Shown here: positions 36,601 through 51,500 of the stretch, piece after piece | Numbering within the stretch: position 1 is the stretch's first letter | Layout: each line of letters starts with the position of its first letter | Assembly (NCBI RefSeq): GCF_000485595.1 | Contig: NW_014577072.1 | Coordinates: 157,233-221,232 of the forward strand | Length of the DNA: 64,000 bases | Origin: Priapulus caudatus | Lineage: Eukaryota | Reading direction: 5' to 3' | Translations under genes and position numbers: made by a program | The notes under the pieces: generated by a model | Seen by the model: the letters and a program-made list of their open reading frames with translations, nothing else | Told to the model about the DNA's origin: nothing | The model's database searches: none

Positions 36601-37909
36601 ATAACTGTTTGTTTAAAAAGCGTTTTCCACCGAGTCGCTAAGCTAGGAGTAAAGTTCCGGTTTTCGTGGGTATTAGATGAAGAGGCAAGCCGTCTTCGGA
36701 AGCTGTCCTAGCTGACAGGTATCTTGGTAGCCAGGTGCAAGCAACTGCCAGCCAGCCGGCAACTGTCGACCGGCCATTTCTGTCCCACTTTTACATCTCC
36801 CTTTGTGAGGCGATATTCAATCCCCGTCGGGCGATATAGGCAAATCATGGCCCTATTTACAGTACAAAAGGGTTAAACAGTGGGAGCTTTCACGCTGTAT
36901 TACCACTGCCACACTTCGGCTGGGTTCTCCATTGATGTGATGTCATGACGGTAAAATTATACGTGGCGTTATCGCCTGCCGTTTGCTACTCTCTGAACAC
37001 GTGCGGATCTGCTCTGCTGTCTAGAAGCATTCACGAATCAAGGGTCAGTGAAATAATTTAAATGTGAAAGCTGATATTCCACGGCATCGCTCATGATTGG
37101 TCAGTGATTCTGAAGAAATCGGTAATTCAAAGCACCTGGCATTTGACTGGGGGTTTTTCTTTTGTGCGTTCTTTGATAAAAGCTTACTATTGTCAGACCA
37201 ACAAGGCCGTGAAACACCTGCATACGATATTTGACGCGCTGGAAAGTAGGGAAAGCACGATTTACAGAATACAGAGGTTTTACGGAATTTTTGGCAGAAC
37301 AGTAATAATACAAATTTTATTTAGATTAACATTAATAAGGTTAATTGGTGATAAGATTAGAAAATTATGTTACCATAAAGACACAGATATATTATTATGT
37401 AATATTCAAGCCTTGACTGATTACACATATTTTATTGCTATCGTGTATAGTAGTTCGGTCGGTACCAGTTTAAAATTAAAATTTGCATCACGATAATTAA
37501 TTGAGGCTAATTGAAGTCAATCAACAGGTTGATGTGAGACTATGGTTCACGCAGCCTGTTCGTGCTAAGCAGTAGCTTTGTAAGTGAGCGTACTTGTGAC
37601 TTATGCTTGTTAGCTCTTCCCAATTGTGGACGCCAGCTAGGACAAAGAGGCAGCTAATTGGTAGGTAAGCTGCAGGGATGCTGGTCTGAACACTTATTAT
37701 TAGGGTGGATAGAGTGACGTGACATGCGGCATTTATGAATGGGTAGTGCCCTGTCTGCAACCAGAAATAGATTCGGAGCAATGATTCGTTATATATTTCC
37801 AGTGACTAAACGCGGAACTCAATTATGGCACACTTCTGAATGACGTATACTCTCTTATCTGCGTATTCTCTTAAAATAAACTAATTAGTCCTTAACCCGT
37901 CACGGTTTT

Positions 37910-37910
<1 letters not shown>

Positions 37911-37988
<78 letters not shown>
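37911..37988. repeat. (GT)n + (GCGT)n microsatellite
   Basis: Visible directly. Confidence 0.95.
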
Positions 37989-38939
37989 TTGTGGCGGTGC
38001 GTGGCGTGCGTGTGCGCTGCGCAGTGGGCGTAACGGGTGCGTCGTCGTGAGCGCCTGAGTGTTGTTAAATTACTGCCTCGTGCGGGTTTTATCGCACCTA
38101 GGTAAACATGGCGATCAGTGGCTACCAGTGTAACTATTAAGCACATGTCCTTTAAGAAGTTCACGGCTGTTTAGGTCTCTATGCGAGTCTATTCTAATCG
38201 TCATCACACTAACACGGAATGAGGTTTTGCTTAAGAAGACCAATATCGAGCGCAGGCTTGTGCTTATTGACGCGTTAGTGCCTTGTTGGCCGAGTAGCCG
38301 GGGAGATGACCGCGCGCGATGACCAGGGTCAGCCGGGGCGCCGCCTGCCGCGTGGAAGCCGGCCTCATTCTCCTACGGCTTCATCGAATCACATGTCCCC
38401 CAATGATTAGACTGTACACAACTTTTTCTCCGCTCGCTAATGAGGCGCATATTTTCAAAACAACCATTAGGGTATCTGTTGTAAATGTTTACTTTCTTCT
38501 GCTGTAGTGGAGACCAGGCAGGCATTCACTCTATACTGTCGCTGGGTTAAATTACGGCGCCGGCCAAGGGAAAACAGCCAGGGCGGCTCTGGCGTGGACG
38601 CCCGGTAAAACACTCGGTTCTGATTGGGATGCTTTCATGATATTTGAGCGTCCGCTTCCTTTCGTATCATCCTCATCTTAGACCGCACCAGTCTGCAGTC
38701 GTTCGTTAGCGTCAACGCGCCGTGCTGCGTAGGCGCACATGCATGCATGCAACACCGCACGTGATAGCGGCCGTATAGGCAGTTGACTGAGCTGCATGAG
38801 TGCATGGACAGACAACGCTTATGTGTGCAACCGAATGTGTTTGCTCATGGATTTTCTTGATATCGCATTGAATTAGAGCAGAGACACGCGAGACAGGTAA
38901 TGTATGATGGCAGCTACTAGGTAATTGGTAGAAATAAGT

Positions 38940-38943
<4 letters not shown>

Positions 38944-38992
<49 letters not shown>
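38944..38992. repeat. (AT)n microsatellite
   Basis: Visible directly. Similar (TA)n tracts at ~45463-45500, ~47911-47937 and ~54345-54372. Confidence 0.95.
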
Positions 38993-38996
<4 letters not shown>

Positions 38997-39740
38997 TAGA
39001 TTTTGTCGTACTGGCATGCTGATGCATTGATTACGTTATTCTACATTAATAACATGTCGATGTATTAATGTACATCAAGCTCCAAAACATGCGCATATGC
39101 GTTTAACAGCTGAGGTTTATAAGAATGCAGCAGAATACTCACTAGTGTCATGTTTAAGATAAGATGCCCTTCAAGATTGCACGCTTTTTGCGTGCGTGTT
39201 TGAATCTGACATCTGGGAGGACCCAAATATTCCATGAGAAAAAAAACTGCGTAGCAATTGCCCAACTGAAGGAAAGTCAACATTTAGTGTCTTACGAAAA
39301 TAAGCAGTGGTTAATTCACAATGTTTTCCTTTCATGTGTAAACAGCTCATCAGGGAATTTGAGTAAATTTAACATCTACCCATATCATCAACAGTCCTGC
39401 TTTTGTTTGAATTCCAGTCTATAATCGCGTGTTGCAATTTTTTTCGGGGGACAGTAAATTCCACAGCTGACATGCTAAAACTCTGTAACGAAGATAGCTT
39501 CGAGTATGTACGGGCAATTTTATTGAGACCATCTCTATATTAGAAAACACGTGTAATACATGTTAATGCGCAGCGAGCTTCTTTATGCATGTGTATCAAT
39601 CTGGTATGATTTATATTATTTTTTAATTGTCAATTTTTTAATAAATTATTTTTTATTGTAGATTATTTATGGTAGTGTTGTTAATATTGGAACTAATCCC
39701 AATTAAGAAACCTACAATAAAAAATAATTTATATATATAT

Positions 39741-39785
39741 ATATCAGGAGTAGATAAAGGGAATCCCTTTATCTACTCCTGATAT
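39741..39785. repeat. Perfect 22-bp-arm palindrome inside (TA)n
   Basis: ATATCAGGAGTAGATAAAGGGA-A-TCCCTTTATCTACTCCTGATAT. Confidence 0.9.
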
Positions 39786-39827
39786 ATATATACATATATA
39801 CATCAATAGTTGAAAACTATAGGTTAA

Positions 39828-40323
39828 AGCTACACTATGCGCATCTACACGCTAATTTCTCCAGTACTAGACTAGCAAATACTAGTCTTCGTGGCATGCA
39901 GAATCATCCAACTTTATGACAAAATAAACTCTAGTTCTTCCCATTTCACTGCGCGTTGTTTTATAAAAGGCATTTGAAAATACCTCTAATGTTGTTCAAA
40001 TTCTCCGATGTTGTTGACAGTTTCGCGTTGCTCTCCCAAGCAACCGTGCAGCGGTGCTGCGGTACAGCGGTACGGGTGTGGCAAAGATAAAAACATGTGA
40101 CGTCACCTAACCGCTTCGAGGCTAAATTGTTTGGCAAACAAGTCGGCGTTGGCGCCAGATTACCAGATTTCGCACCTCTTTCTTGTGGGTTTTAAGCAAA
40201 CGCGCAGTGAAACGGGAGGAACTAGAGTTTATTTTGCCATAAGGTAGTGTGATTATGCATGACACGAAGTATTTGCTAGTCTAGTACTGGAGAAATTAGC
40301 GTTTGAATGCGCATTGTGCGGCT
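39828..40323. mobile_element. Kolobok-like MITE (TTAA TSD, AG...CT termini, ~135-bp imperfect TIRs)
   Basis: TTAA(39824-39827)-AGCTACACTATGCGCAT...ATGCGCATTGTGCGGCT-TTAA(40324-40327). The block CGCTAATTTCTCCAGTACTAGACTAGCAAATACT is mirrored at the other end. Confidence 0.82.
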
Positions 40324-43300
40324 TTAAATACATGTTTACATTAACTAAAGGCTTCATTGTTATGTGTGATTACCTGATTCTACTCCGAGATGTTGGATGC
40401 CCAATGTGTCTGCTCGTGGGCGGCTGTGACGTAAACATTGGCAGGTAATTATTGTTCTACTTAACGAGAGATGTTTTCGAAAAATTAGCACCAGTTAATC
40501 TCCTATCTACATATATGTATTTCCTTGCAAGTGTAAACATTTGTGAAATAGTATACGGCTCAATTCAACACGGTCACGATCAATTTCCAGATTTTGCGTG
40601 TCATCAGAAAACCTGGTCCTCTTTTATTTTGTTACTGTTTTCGATGACACCGTGTCGGCAGGGAGCTGTTGTGGAAGCTAAGCAGAACCTGCTGGTCTCA
40701 CGCGATACGCATCTCACCAGATGAGATTCCAGTAGCATTTACTAACCTTCCTCCTTATCGGATCGAGAAGGAAACGCCGTTATAAGAAAACATAAATTTT
40801 TCAGTTAATTGCGTGCCAAGAGAAATTTATTCTCCTGACAGAGAGTCCCTTTTCTGAGCTGTTAATTTTTGTTGTATATATAAGCACCTATTTATAGAAG
40901 ATTCGACTGTCTCGCTTTGTATCTTTCTCTCTTTCTTCTGTGTAAGAGGTGTGCACGTCTTAAGGAGTCTCTGGGGGCACCTGGAAGGGACGTGTCTGGC
41001 GCACAGATACGAACATACGGGCACCTTTGCTTTTTTAAGGCGTTTCTGGCGCCACAGGTCAGACTCTGGCAATTTATCTTGTTTTCTTGATCCTGTGCCT
41101 CAGTGTTGGGTAAACAGTGTGCAAACACAAAGCAGGCTAGGGTTGAGGCTAATGAGCTAGCCTGTCTGACATGTGATTTGACTTGGATGAGCATGTAGGT
41201 CTGTGCACACATATTAGTTTCAGATGGCGATCAATGTCAAAACTCTGCCCACCAAATCCTGCCTCCTCCCATCTCTCTGGTATGAATACATGCTTGCTGG
41301 AGGAGGATTGCTATATACGCAGCTGCAATGATAGTGTACGTCTAGGATAGATTTGATACGTATAACATAGCTAGCAAAAAAATATCTCAAGTCCAGGATA
41401 AACGTGTAAGTTGCACTCCCACGTCGATGTCAAAATGAGAAATTAAAGAGAAATTTGATAATTATTATTATGTTTCTCTTATACAAATGCTTCTGGTATT
41501 TTCTGTAATGGTATATACAATTAAGTTCCTTTTATAGCCTTATATATTTACCAGTTAGAAAACGTAGTACTGAAAATATATGCTCTTCATAATATTATAA
41601 TTTTGTTGTTGTTGTAATAATATGCGTTATTAAAATACCGAATAATATTTTATGTATAGCTGTGTACTCTACGGGTGGTCCTCAATATGCTGTTAATATC
41701 AGGCCGCTTTTGATATGTGATATTTGTCAATTACTTCGCGGCTGTATGAACTAATAAATTGACTTGTTGGGATATAATTTAATTAAGTAAGAGTGATTAC
41801 AGAGTACGCTTCGTTTACCCGCTATAGGAGCCTCTGCTTTCTGGAAAGGCAAACCAAACATAATACTTCCTCATCGTATGCATTTGACACGAAAATACGC
41901 TGATTACATTTTCTGATTGCACTTCTCTTACCGCATCAAGTAAAATGGTTATTTGGAGTAGTTACTCGATCATACAGCGCTTATATGCTTACACTGACCC
42001 CACGAAGAACGCAAACGTGCTTGGAAGACGGATAATGAGAAACAGCGATACCGTGGTGTTGCCGTAGTGAGAGCAGAGTTCACTGATTACAAAACATCTG
42101 TCACTGCAAGACAGTGCGCAAAAATACATTTCTGCCATTCAGTTTAGACACGCAAACATAAACGAACTCTTCCACAAATATTTCCTGAAAAAACATCCCG
42201 CATCTCCGCAGGACCCTTCCGGAAAACACAGCCTAAATAATCACAGAGTTTCGTCGCCCCATCCCAGTGTAAACTATCACGCTAATATAGTTCCCAATTT
42301 CGCCTGCTGTGGTGATCCGTGTCGCATCCTGGCTGGCTGTGGGATATTTCGGGATAGTCCGGGGCAATCTAGCAAAACAAATCTGAGAATCGGTGTATAA
42401 ACAAAATTTTTACCAGGAGATATTTGGCAGGATAATTAGTGGTTGTGCTTGTTGGCGTGGAGACAGCTGGTGGGCCGAGGAGTTGGCTGAGATGGCTTCT
42501 TGTAAGCCGGGCTTTGGTGTGGGTGCGGAGCACGGGAAGATATCATACTTGGGTTGTTAGTCACAGTGTCGTAATTGGGCGCATTTAACACAAAGAGGAA
42601 GCTGCGAAGCTGCGACTCCAAACAGGCTACAGTCCACCCGAGTGCCGAGTGCACTTGCATTCACCCTGCTCATGCTGTAGATGTAACTGGCACAGTACGT
42701 AATCACAAGTAGCCTTGTGTTTTCTACAAGCAAAGGTTACTCTCCCGTGATCGTGTCTGTACTAGTTGGCCGGGCTTGGCTGATAGCCATCTGGCTAGCG
42801 CTCTGCAGTCGGCGTTCCATTGGTTTCCGGTGACCTGCACTTAAAGTTGTTTAATAGCATAGTGCATGATCCACCGATCATGAAACCCTAAGCGCAGCGA
42901 CCCGTGAGAGCTATCTGCTCATCAGCCGCACTGCATTCAGCTGGCTCGTAATGCAGGCACTTAAGTTGTTAGTAAAACATGCCATCAACGTCTTATCTGC
43001 CTTGTTAGCAAGTGTAGCTGAGCCGAGCGAACAGATTGCGTTTCCACTGCGAGGACTTATGGGGATCACATGGTAAACTGCACGAGTGGATTGGGCATCT
43101 CCGAGTGAACGTATCCTATCACTGGTTTGCAGTCTCCTCGGCACCAGCGATCTATGTAGTAGTAGTACTGTTCTGGCTAATATTGAAGCAGAATAGAAAT
43201 AAGAACGACGTGACAAAAATAGCGTGACAAAAATAGTGGTCCAAACCTTAGGTTTTTGAGTATAAATTATGTGTCAATTGCTGTTTTATTGATTGCTTAA

Positions 43301-45455
43301 AACTGCTGCTTGAAATATTGTGTATGTAAAAATGAAAATTGAGAGATCCTTTAAACCCAATCACTCTGATTAAAGGGAATAATAACTTGTGTATATTTTT
43401 TTGCGTGAATATTTAGCAAGAGCTTTGTTTAATGCTAATCATATATACGATTTCGAATAGCTAAGCGGTTGCATTTAAAAAATAGCATTTTAGTTATATA
43501 TTGCGAATAACACTTTACGTCAAGGTATTCCGCTGAATTTTCCTGACATTTATTTTTGCGTTGACAAACCGATTCAGTCGAAATATTTGTCGAGGTAACC
43601 TATTTAGAATGTCTGACGACCAAAACGGAGAAAAATGATGCATGGCATTTCCATAACAATGCGTGCCCGCTCATAATTCCAAACAGCAAGCAATTCAGAA
43701 TCCCACACGGTATATATCATTCTAATACATTCCGTCATGCCATTGCAAGTCAGGCCGTGCGATTCATACGGCGTCATCTAAAGCACATTGTCCATGCTGT
43801 AAGCATAAGTACCCGATCGCCAGTACGCTTCAGATGTAAATTCTCGGGGACTGTGCGATGCGTGGACAATATGGCCACATGCAGGTGTTCGACGAGAGTG
43901 GCTTTTGTGATTTTCGCACGTTGGTCGGGCCACCATGACGCTCTGCTCACGGTCGATCCTTTTCTTCCCGCCACGGCCGCCCCCGCGTTGACGAAGAGCC
44001 GTTGTGAGATTTGAGCCGTTTAAAAATAACACGAGAATTTCGTCTGCTTTAACCTCTTTGGCTGTAAATTCGATTTGCTCGTTTGCTTTCTTCTGTTTGT
44101 TTTCGCGTGACGATGATGAATATTTATGTTCTAGACGTCATGAACTTAACGCGTACCGGCGTGCCAAAGTACATTTGACTATATAGTTTGATGGGCGCGT
44201 CTCGCATATTGTATTCGCACACATCTGCAAACAACGCATGCCCACAATTTAGAAGAGCCAATAAACATGAGCGTGCCTGATGGAAGAACGGAGATCAATG
44301 CAACGCTCGGGACTGAGTGACTTGCTATCTACAAGAGTATCAACTGGTATTACATGTTGGAGAGTGGCTATATTTACTCAGCAGAGCTTGGGCCTGTAGT
44401 CAGATGCGTGTTTAATCTGTTGAGCCACCCTCGGCGACCATCAGCTGCTGTTTGACTTAGATAAAGAGAATCTGCTACCGTTGCAAACATCTGCCAGCAA
44501 ATGTACCCGCAAATCAGATTGGCCAACCGCAGGTTCCTCTTGGAGAATAAATGGGAATAGTAGGTGATAATTCACATCGTTTGTGCAAAAAAAAACCGTT
44601 GAGAGATTCTATTTAAAACGTTGTTTATCCATATATTCAATCAAAAACGTTACGTTGCCTCTCAGCCGTTTGCGTTAGGTCTGTAGGTGGCGCTGTAGGT
44701 TATTGTTATAATGTTACATTAACATGCATTACATCATGACGATATTCAGTTATAGTTAAAAAAGAGAATAATCCGAAATTTAGTTTTACACAAGCGCTTT
44801 CATCTTTGTAGAATCTTCTGGTCATATATATATATATATATACCTTCACCGTTGAGGTACTACTACTTAACATGTTTCCCCCAACTAGTACCTCCCTGAT
44901 AATAATACAGCCTAACAAATCGGGCCAATATGGTCAGACACTTGTACACAATAGCTAGTCCATCTTTGGTCCTGTACAGCTGCCGGTTGACTACACATAT
45001 GTGCGCCATGTTCGCGTTACTAACGAACCTCTGCGTCTCTATAGCCGGCTAAAAGGATTGACCACAGATGAACTTTGGTGAATTCGTTCTATTATTCGCA
45101 GAGAACGTGAGCGGAATCGGGCCGCCATTGACGATGTGCAGCACACCGCGCGCGCGCCCAATGCCCCTCGGGACAGATTTAACGCCGCGATTGTTTGATG
45201 CGGCGCTACATTTTAAATGTGATTGTGTGCTGATTTCCTCTCCGGCTCGCGCTGTCGCTGCGTCGCCGAACAATGCTGAAACTCTATGCTGCGCAGAGGC
45301 TGAGTCTTGAACCTTGTAAGTCGCGGCGACGTTCCCACGCCGGCATGCCATCTATTGCTCGGCAGTGGCAGAGATTGAATGCGACTCTCGGAAAAAATCG
45401 ACTAAACCAGTCGGTTTTTCCATCCCGCGTCTGTTTCTACGCGATAGTCTATACG

Positions 45456-45501
<46 letters not shown>

Positions 45502-48500
45502 GCGTACGTGTCTGTAAGCGTGTTGTTAACACACGTCATGGAGTGTGCCTCGAGCGCTTTCGATTACAGCTTGTCACTATCAGGCGGTATGCCACCCACT
45601 GACCACCGCGTGCAGGTGTGATGAGTACAATGGTTGGACACATGGCCCGCTAGCTGGACAAATGAACACTAATTGAAATCAGATTAGTGCTTAGGAGATG
45701 CGGCTGTCATTACTGACCAACTGACACTAGTTGGGGTCATTCTAGCGACAGTTGCCTGTAATTACCGATGCGTGATGATTGCGCCGGCTGCGATCGAAGA
45801 TTCATGCATGTCATGATTCGATTCATTACGAGATGATAATGTTTAGATAACAAAGAAACGGTATTTTACGATTGTTTCATGTTGTAACTTGTAGTGTCTT
45901 CTAGTACTTGCTCTGCAGTCCGGTGAAATTATGCTTAAATTCCCTCGCCGCTCTACCAACTCCCTTAGCTTTCTGTCACTCTCCCTTATACCATACCCTC
46001 TATTCACCACATGGTGATGAGCGTCGCTAGCTAGCTCGCTCTGGCTCTCACACACTATACAGTATGTCACTCGTGTGACTCCTACCTTTCTCAACCCACC
46101 ATTACGCATCAACGTGCTTTGTATTATATTGCATTTCGGCCATTATCGCATGTCGTGCGAGGACAGCCGTGTGACCGCGCCTACCATCCGCACCAGCTCA
46201 GATTGGAAGCAGTGAAACGCGCAGTAAGTGCATCAACGTTGTTCGAAATGAATATTTTATGGCGCCTTTATTGTGGCCGTTCGCCGGCACGCAACGGCAA
46301 TCAGGCGGGCTCATAATAAAAACATATTTCACTCATTAGCATCATTAGGCCTCTACCGGACGCCTGTCTGCGTCCAATCTCCATGTTTGCCCATGCCGTA
46401 ATCACCGCTGAGCTGTCAACGTGCGTGCTCGCACGACATTAGGACATCTCGGCGATTTTTCGGGCAGGTATTGTCCGCCGGCGGGCAAGGTTTCGCGTGT
46501 CGATTATTTTTTCGGCGCACGGCAGAGGTGTTCTCGTAGCGTGTTTGTTTTCGCGTTTCCATTGTCTCGGGGGAGTGGTGATGGCACGTGTCTGACAATT
46601 GCTCAAAACGGCGGTGCAATTTCGAGGGAAATCACAGAGTGCCGAGAACAATAGCGGCGACCCTCGGCGGAGGCCGGAGAAGCGACGAGAACTCCACATG
46701 ATACACCAGGCGGGCCTTTGTCATGTATCACGTACGAGCTGGTGGGAGCTGGAAAGGAGTGGGTTAATTCCAATTCAGTGCGGACTATACGCGCCCTTCA
46801 GTGTATTTTTTTAAAGCCGCATATTGGAAGAGTTTTTATGTGTGGAGTGCTACCTGGAGCAATTAGTCTCAACTACGCTCACGTGTCTTTATCATGGTCT
46901 CCATCCGTTCCATTAAGGTCGCTGTGAGCATTGTCATTGTTGTTGTCGGCGTCGTAGTGTAGTGTGTTATTGCCCCACCGCCATTATCATCTTTATCGTT
47001 GTCATCAGAGACTGACGCTGCCATCATGCGGTGATACATGTCACACGATCTACTGCAATTCGCACTTTGCTTGTGCTTTTATGGCATCGCCGTTATTTAT
47101 GTGAAGTGTATTCACTGATAATGTTTCACACGCATTGCTTGTTTTTTATTATCATTAGCGACGAGTATTAACAACGAATAGAAAAATGGAAAATATCTAA
47201 CAAAATAGTAATTTTCAGTTCCGATGAAACATCTTCATCGATTAAGTATCGTTTCCTCCAGCATACAATGTTGTATACGTTTGTCAGTCATGCACTTATG
47301 TATTTTCTTGCTTAACTCTAGAGCATCAATTTTAATGTGAATATTTTGGCGCTATAGTATATACTACTAAGCTAGCTTTGATTTCCAACTGCATATGGTA
47401 GCGTGGCTTCACACAGTCTGTTTCAGCCATCATTATAACTAACTGCACGTCTGGGTCTCTTAAGGCATCCATCCGATCATCTCGCGAGGAAATTATCCCG
47501 CTCATTTCCTGTGTCGCGTTATCTCTTCACAGCAACCAGCGGAGCACTGAACCGAATAGCTGCTGCTTCTGAGTCGCGGCTAGTATATCTTATTACGCTC
47601 ACGGCTTCACTTGGCATTTCCTTCGTCTTAACTTCAGAAGTGGCGTTTACGTTACACGTGGGCACATTTGCGTTCCGCGGGTTCGATCTATCATCCACTT
47701 AGCTTTCCCGAGACGATAGATTTTGTTTTCCTCCTCGCTCGTCTTTCCCCCCGCGCTGAATGTGGCTGATGGTCTGTCCAGGAAATTGTAGAAGCCGTTT
47801 CCCTCCATGACAGTCATTATCAACTGGCGTCAGGGAATCCTACTGAATAGGTCATTAGAGTCGTACCAAATCATTAACCAGGAAAGGGTCTCCGCGTCTG
47901 AGTCCCAGTCTATATATATATATATATATATATATATCGAGTTTCCCACCCACAGTGCTGCATAACTAGACCTAGGCAACGAGTGGTCAGGTGTGGAAGA
48001 AGCGCACGCAGCACGAGTGGATTACATGCTGTGTCTTCAGTGGCGCCTGTGCGGTGCCTCGACGTACAGGTAGGTTGCGTATTCGATTTTACAAGCGTGT
48101 ACACTTGTGGTCAATTTGCGCATGCGCAGGTCTGTCGTATTAGTCTTGCAGTACGTAGCTGGACACAGCCGGGGCATTTCCTGATCATACATTTGCTTCT
48201 ATAAGCTACCAGTGTCAGTATCTTAGGAACAAGGATTTGCAGAGCTGATGTAAGAGATTCACATTCATAACTGCCAGTTCATTCGATAGAGATTCATACC
48301 AGTGTCAAAATTGAGTCCATTTCTCATGAAGCGTGGCATCATAAATTGCATATATTTGTACGTGTCCCCTGTAAAATGTCAATTAGAGAAATCATATAAG
48401 AAAAAGGATCTGTGTATATCGTATATACTTTTTAAGGGACACGAGTTTATGCGTGCCGTTGAGATATCACCCCGAAGTTACGTTTTGCTGAATTTTCGTA

Positions 48501-51500
48501 AAGATTAAAAAAACTCAGATTCGTTATGAATTAGGACAACCTATGACAATTGATTTATGTTAAACCGTTATTATCTTTAATTACTGTGGGCTGGCGATGA
48601 TTTATTGCTCGCGCACTCTGTTATCATCATGCCATATTTTATCTGCTGTGAATGTCACAATGAAAGGAGGTGTAATTATCAGGAACTAATGATTTTGCAA
48701 GAGTTGTTAGCGGTGTCTTGTATTAAAGATTCATAATCGTGAGAATGCTGTTATCATGTCATCTATCATGTTTTATTCGCGATTACATCAATTTTACAGG
48801 GAAGACCGCATGGTGCTGTGCTAACAACTTCCTCTCTGTAGACAATTTTACGAACCGGCAATTCGAGGTTGCTGTATGCTTGATTATAGGATCAAATATC
48901 CCAATTTTGCACCGGCAGTTAAATTGAGTGCAACTGTTGAAACCGCTGTGTAGGAAGACCCCACAATAATTAAAGTGACTAACGTTAGCAATGGAAAAAG
49001 CAGTGAGAGGTATATTGATCGACATGTCGTTATTTAATTAATTAATCAGTTGTTGATAGAAAGTGGTGTTTAAATGTACACCGACGCAATTTAAAAGATT
49101 TTGGTAGTAATATCGATATCCAAAATGAAATTGCAATATTATGTGGTAATATATTATATGTATATGCTTCCGCTTATGATATGGCTGTGGGGGGTAAGAG
49201 TGTGTTCTTTTGAGTGTGGAATATATCTATTGAGGGATTGTCATGTCACATGTTAATCAGCACATTCTGTTTGGAATAACGCAAAATGCTATGGGGGATT
49301 TGGCCCACGTGTGTATTAAGTATTGATAGTCTATATTTATTAGCTTTTAAGGTCATTAGTTTGGGACAACCATTTACTGTGATTCTTAGGACATGCTTGG
49401 TTTCTCATATCCCACTAACGTCACATTAATTACAGTAGTACGACAGCGATCCTTTGAGTAAGGACCATACGTTACGGCCACATGGGAACGTGTATACGAA
49501 TAGAAGTGTATAGTTGTAGTTCCTTCTCATGGTAAGCGTGTAGGAATGTCCTAACGCCCTCCCCTTCCCCGAGTCCGACCAAAAATTGCTCTTGAGAATT
49601 TTATCCAGCCTTCTTTCGGCATGTAATTACAGTATTGTAGTGTAAGATCATTTGGAAGAGGTTGTGTAGCATTGTAGTGGACTCGATTGCAATACGCCCT
49701 TTAAAAGAGCTATTCTGGTTCGACTCGGCTGTTTATTTCCCATGTGTGTTTCATCATCAGGATGCTACTGTCAGTGTAAAGTCTACAATTTTCGCATCAA
49801 ATGCATTGAACCCTGTACTTCTGCGCGATCGATGCAACGATAATTCGCCGTCGTTGACAGCTAGTCTTGCGGGGGCTTTTTTGTATCACCAGTAAGCGTA
49901 TTGAACTCTTTCTTTATCGCCCTCCCCCTTCCCACATTTCCATGCTATCCTCCGTTTATCTGCGCCTGGCACCAAGTCGTGTTCGCTGATGTCATTAGGA
50001 GGCCTTTCAAGTTTCGGCAGGCAATTATCAGACAATATTGGCAGCCGAGTGGCGTCATCTCTCCCTACAGGCATCATCAAAGTGTGAAGCCTTAAGAGGG
50101 ACATCAGCCGACGTCAACACATGTATCAGATAGGCTGGATATTCCCTGAAACCAATTACGAGTCATGGGAATCCTCTCAACGGAGGCTGCATCGCGTCAA
50201 AATGCGCACTGGAGAGGATATAGTTATAGGATAACTCCAGCAGATGCCATTTAGCCGAGGAAATGGAATTTTTGCATGAGATGACTTACAAAGACACTAA
50301 ATCTAGTCAGCAATTACACAAATCGGGTTTCAATTTGTGGATTACCGGGGCCCTTCAGCTGCCGGCCTGGCAGGAATGCCGGCCTGATTTTCGCTCAGTT
50401 CTTCGTGTTTGATCCGCGCGTGTACGTAGAACGCCGGCGCGCCGAATGATTTTGCTCAAGAAAACACCTGTCCCATCGCAGGCAGTAAATTCCGTGTCTT
50501 ACATGAATCATTATCTGATCATGAGATTGTTTATTAGGGAGAATGAACGGGCGGCGTGTTTCGAACGTGTTTATGTTGCCACGGTAATCCCCGCAGCCTT
50601 GCAGGAAGATTAATTAAGATGTGATCATGACTGGGCAGGTGCTGTGGCAATTGCTTTCTGCCACGGCAGCTATGGCATCATCATCAGCAGCAGCAGGCAG
50701 TTTATTGCGCGACGCACACGTTAGTGATGACTCATGCGCCAGCACCCTGTACGTTTGAAAATTGTCTAGCGGAGTTTTTATGCCTGCGAGTAAAAGGATG
50801 TGTGTCCGAAATATTTTCTCTCGTTCACCTGAGAGTGGCACCTTTTGAGAAACGCTAGATGGTATAGATTTATGAATCCGATATCGATTTAACTTGTGAG
50901 AAGAAAGGTGCCATCTCTGAATATATCCAGGTTAAGTAACGAACGTCTAGTTTCGCTATCAATGCTGTCTGGTATGTCTGTTGTGAAGAAAATGTTATTT
51001 CGGTTGGAGGATAGATGATATCAATAATATTGATTGCTTTATTGTATCATAGCCAAGTCTCCAGTAGAGAGACCACGGCTAGTCTACATTTAATGTTCAT
51101 TTCCGACCTTTGGAAGACAACAGATATTTCTATCACCTAAATAGATTTTCAAGAGGTGGCGAGGAGTGGTGACGCTGATTATTAGGGGCGTCTGTCAGTA
51201 GCCCTGTTATACAATAGTAACACATTAAATTTAATAGTTACAAGAGATGACAAGTCGTTGTACAGGATTGGCAGGGTTTTCTGATAAAAGCTTTCCGCAG
51301 TTCTTATTCTTGGGCAGGATGTGCGTAGGAGTAGCTCTGCAAATCGCAACTCACTTTTTGCATATTAACATGCAAATCAAGATACGAGAATGTGCAGACT
51401 TGCAGCTCTTGAGCAAGCACTCCCGGTCTGGATATTTTTGCCTGGGACAGGCTTCGAGGGAGGCAACTTGTCAGGCGGTCTCATGACTAAATATAGCCAC

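Noticed and set aside
36848..36877. piggyBac-like end (...AAAAGGG-TTAA)
   Set aside because: I could not find the matching opposite terminus.
43605..43656. Hammerhead-like CTGACGA...GAAA...TC
   Set aside because: There is an extra base before GAAA, stem II is only 2 bp and stem I is mismatched, so it is compatible with chance.
49660..49732. tRNA or tRNA-derived SINE head (GGTTCGACTC B-box-like)
   Set aside because: No cloverleaf can be folded and the A-box is poor.
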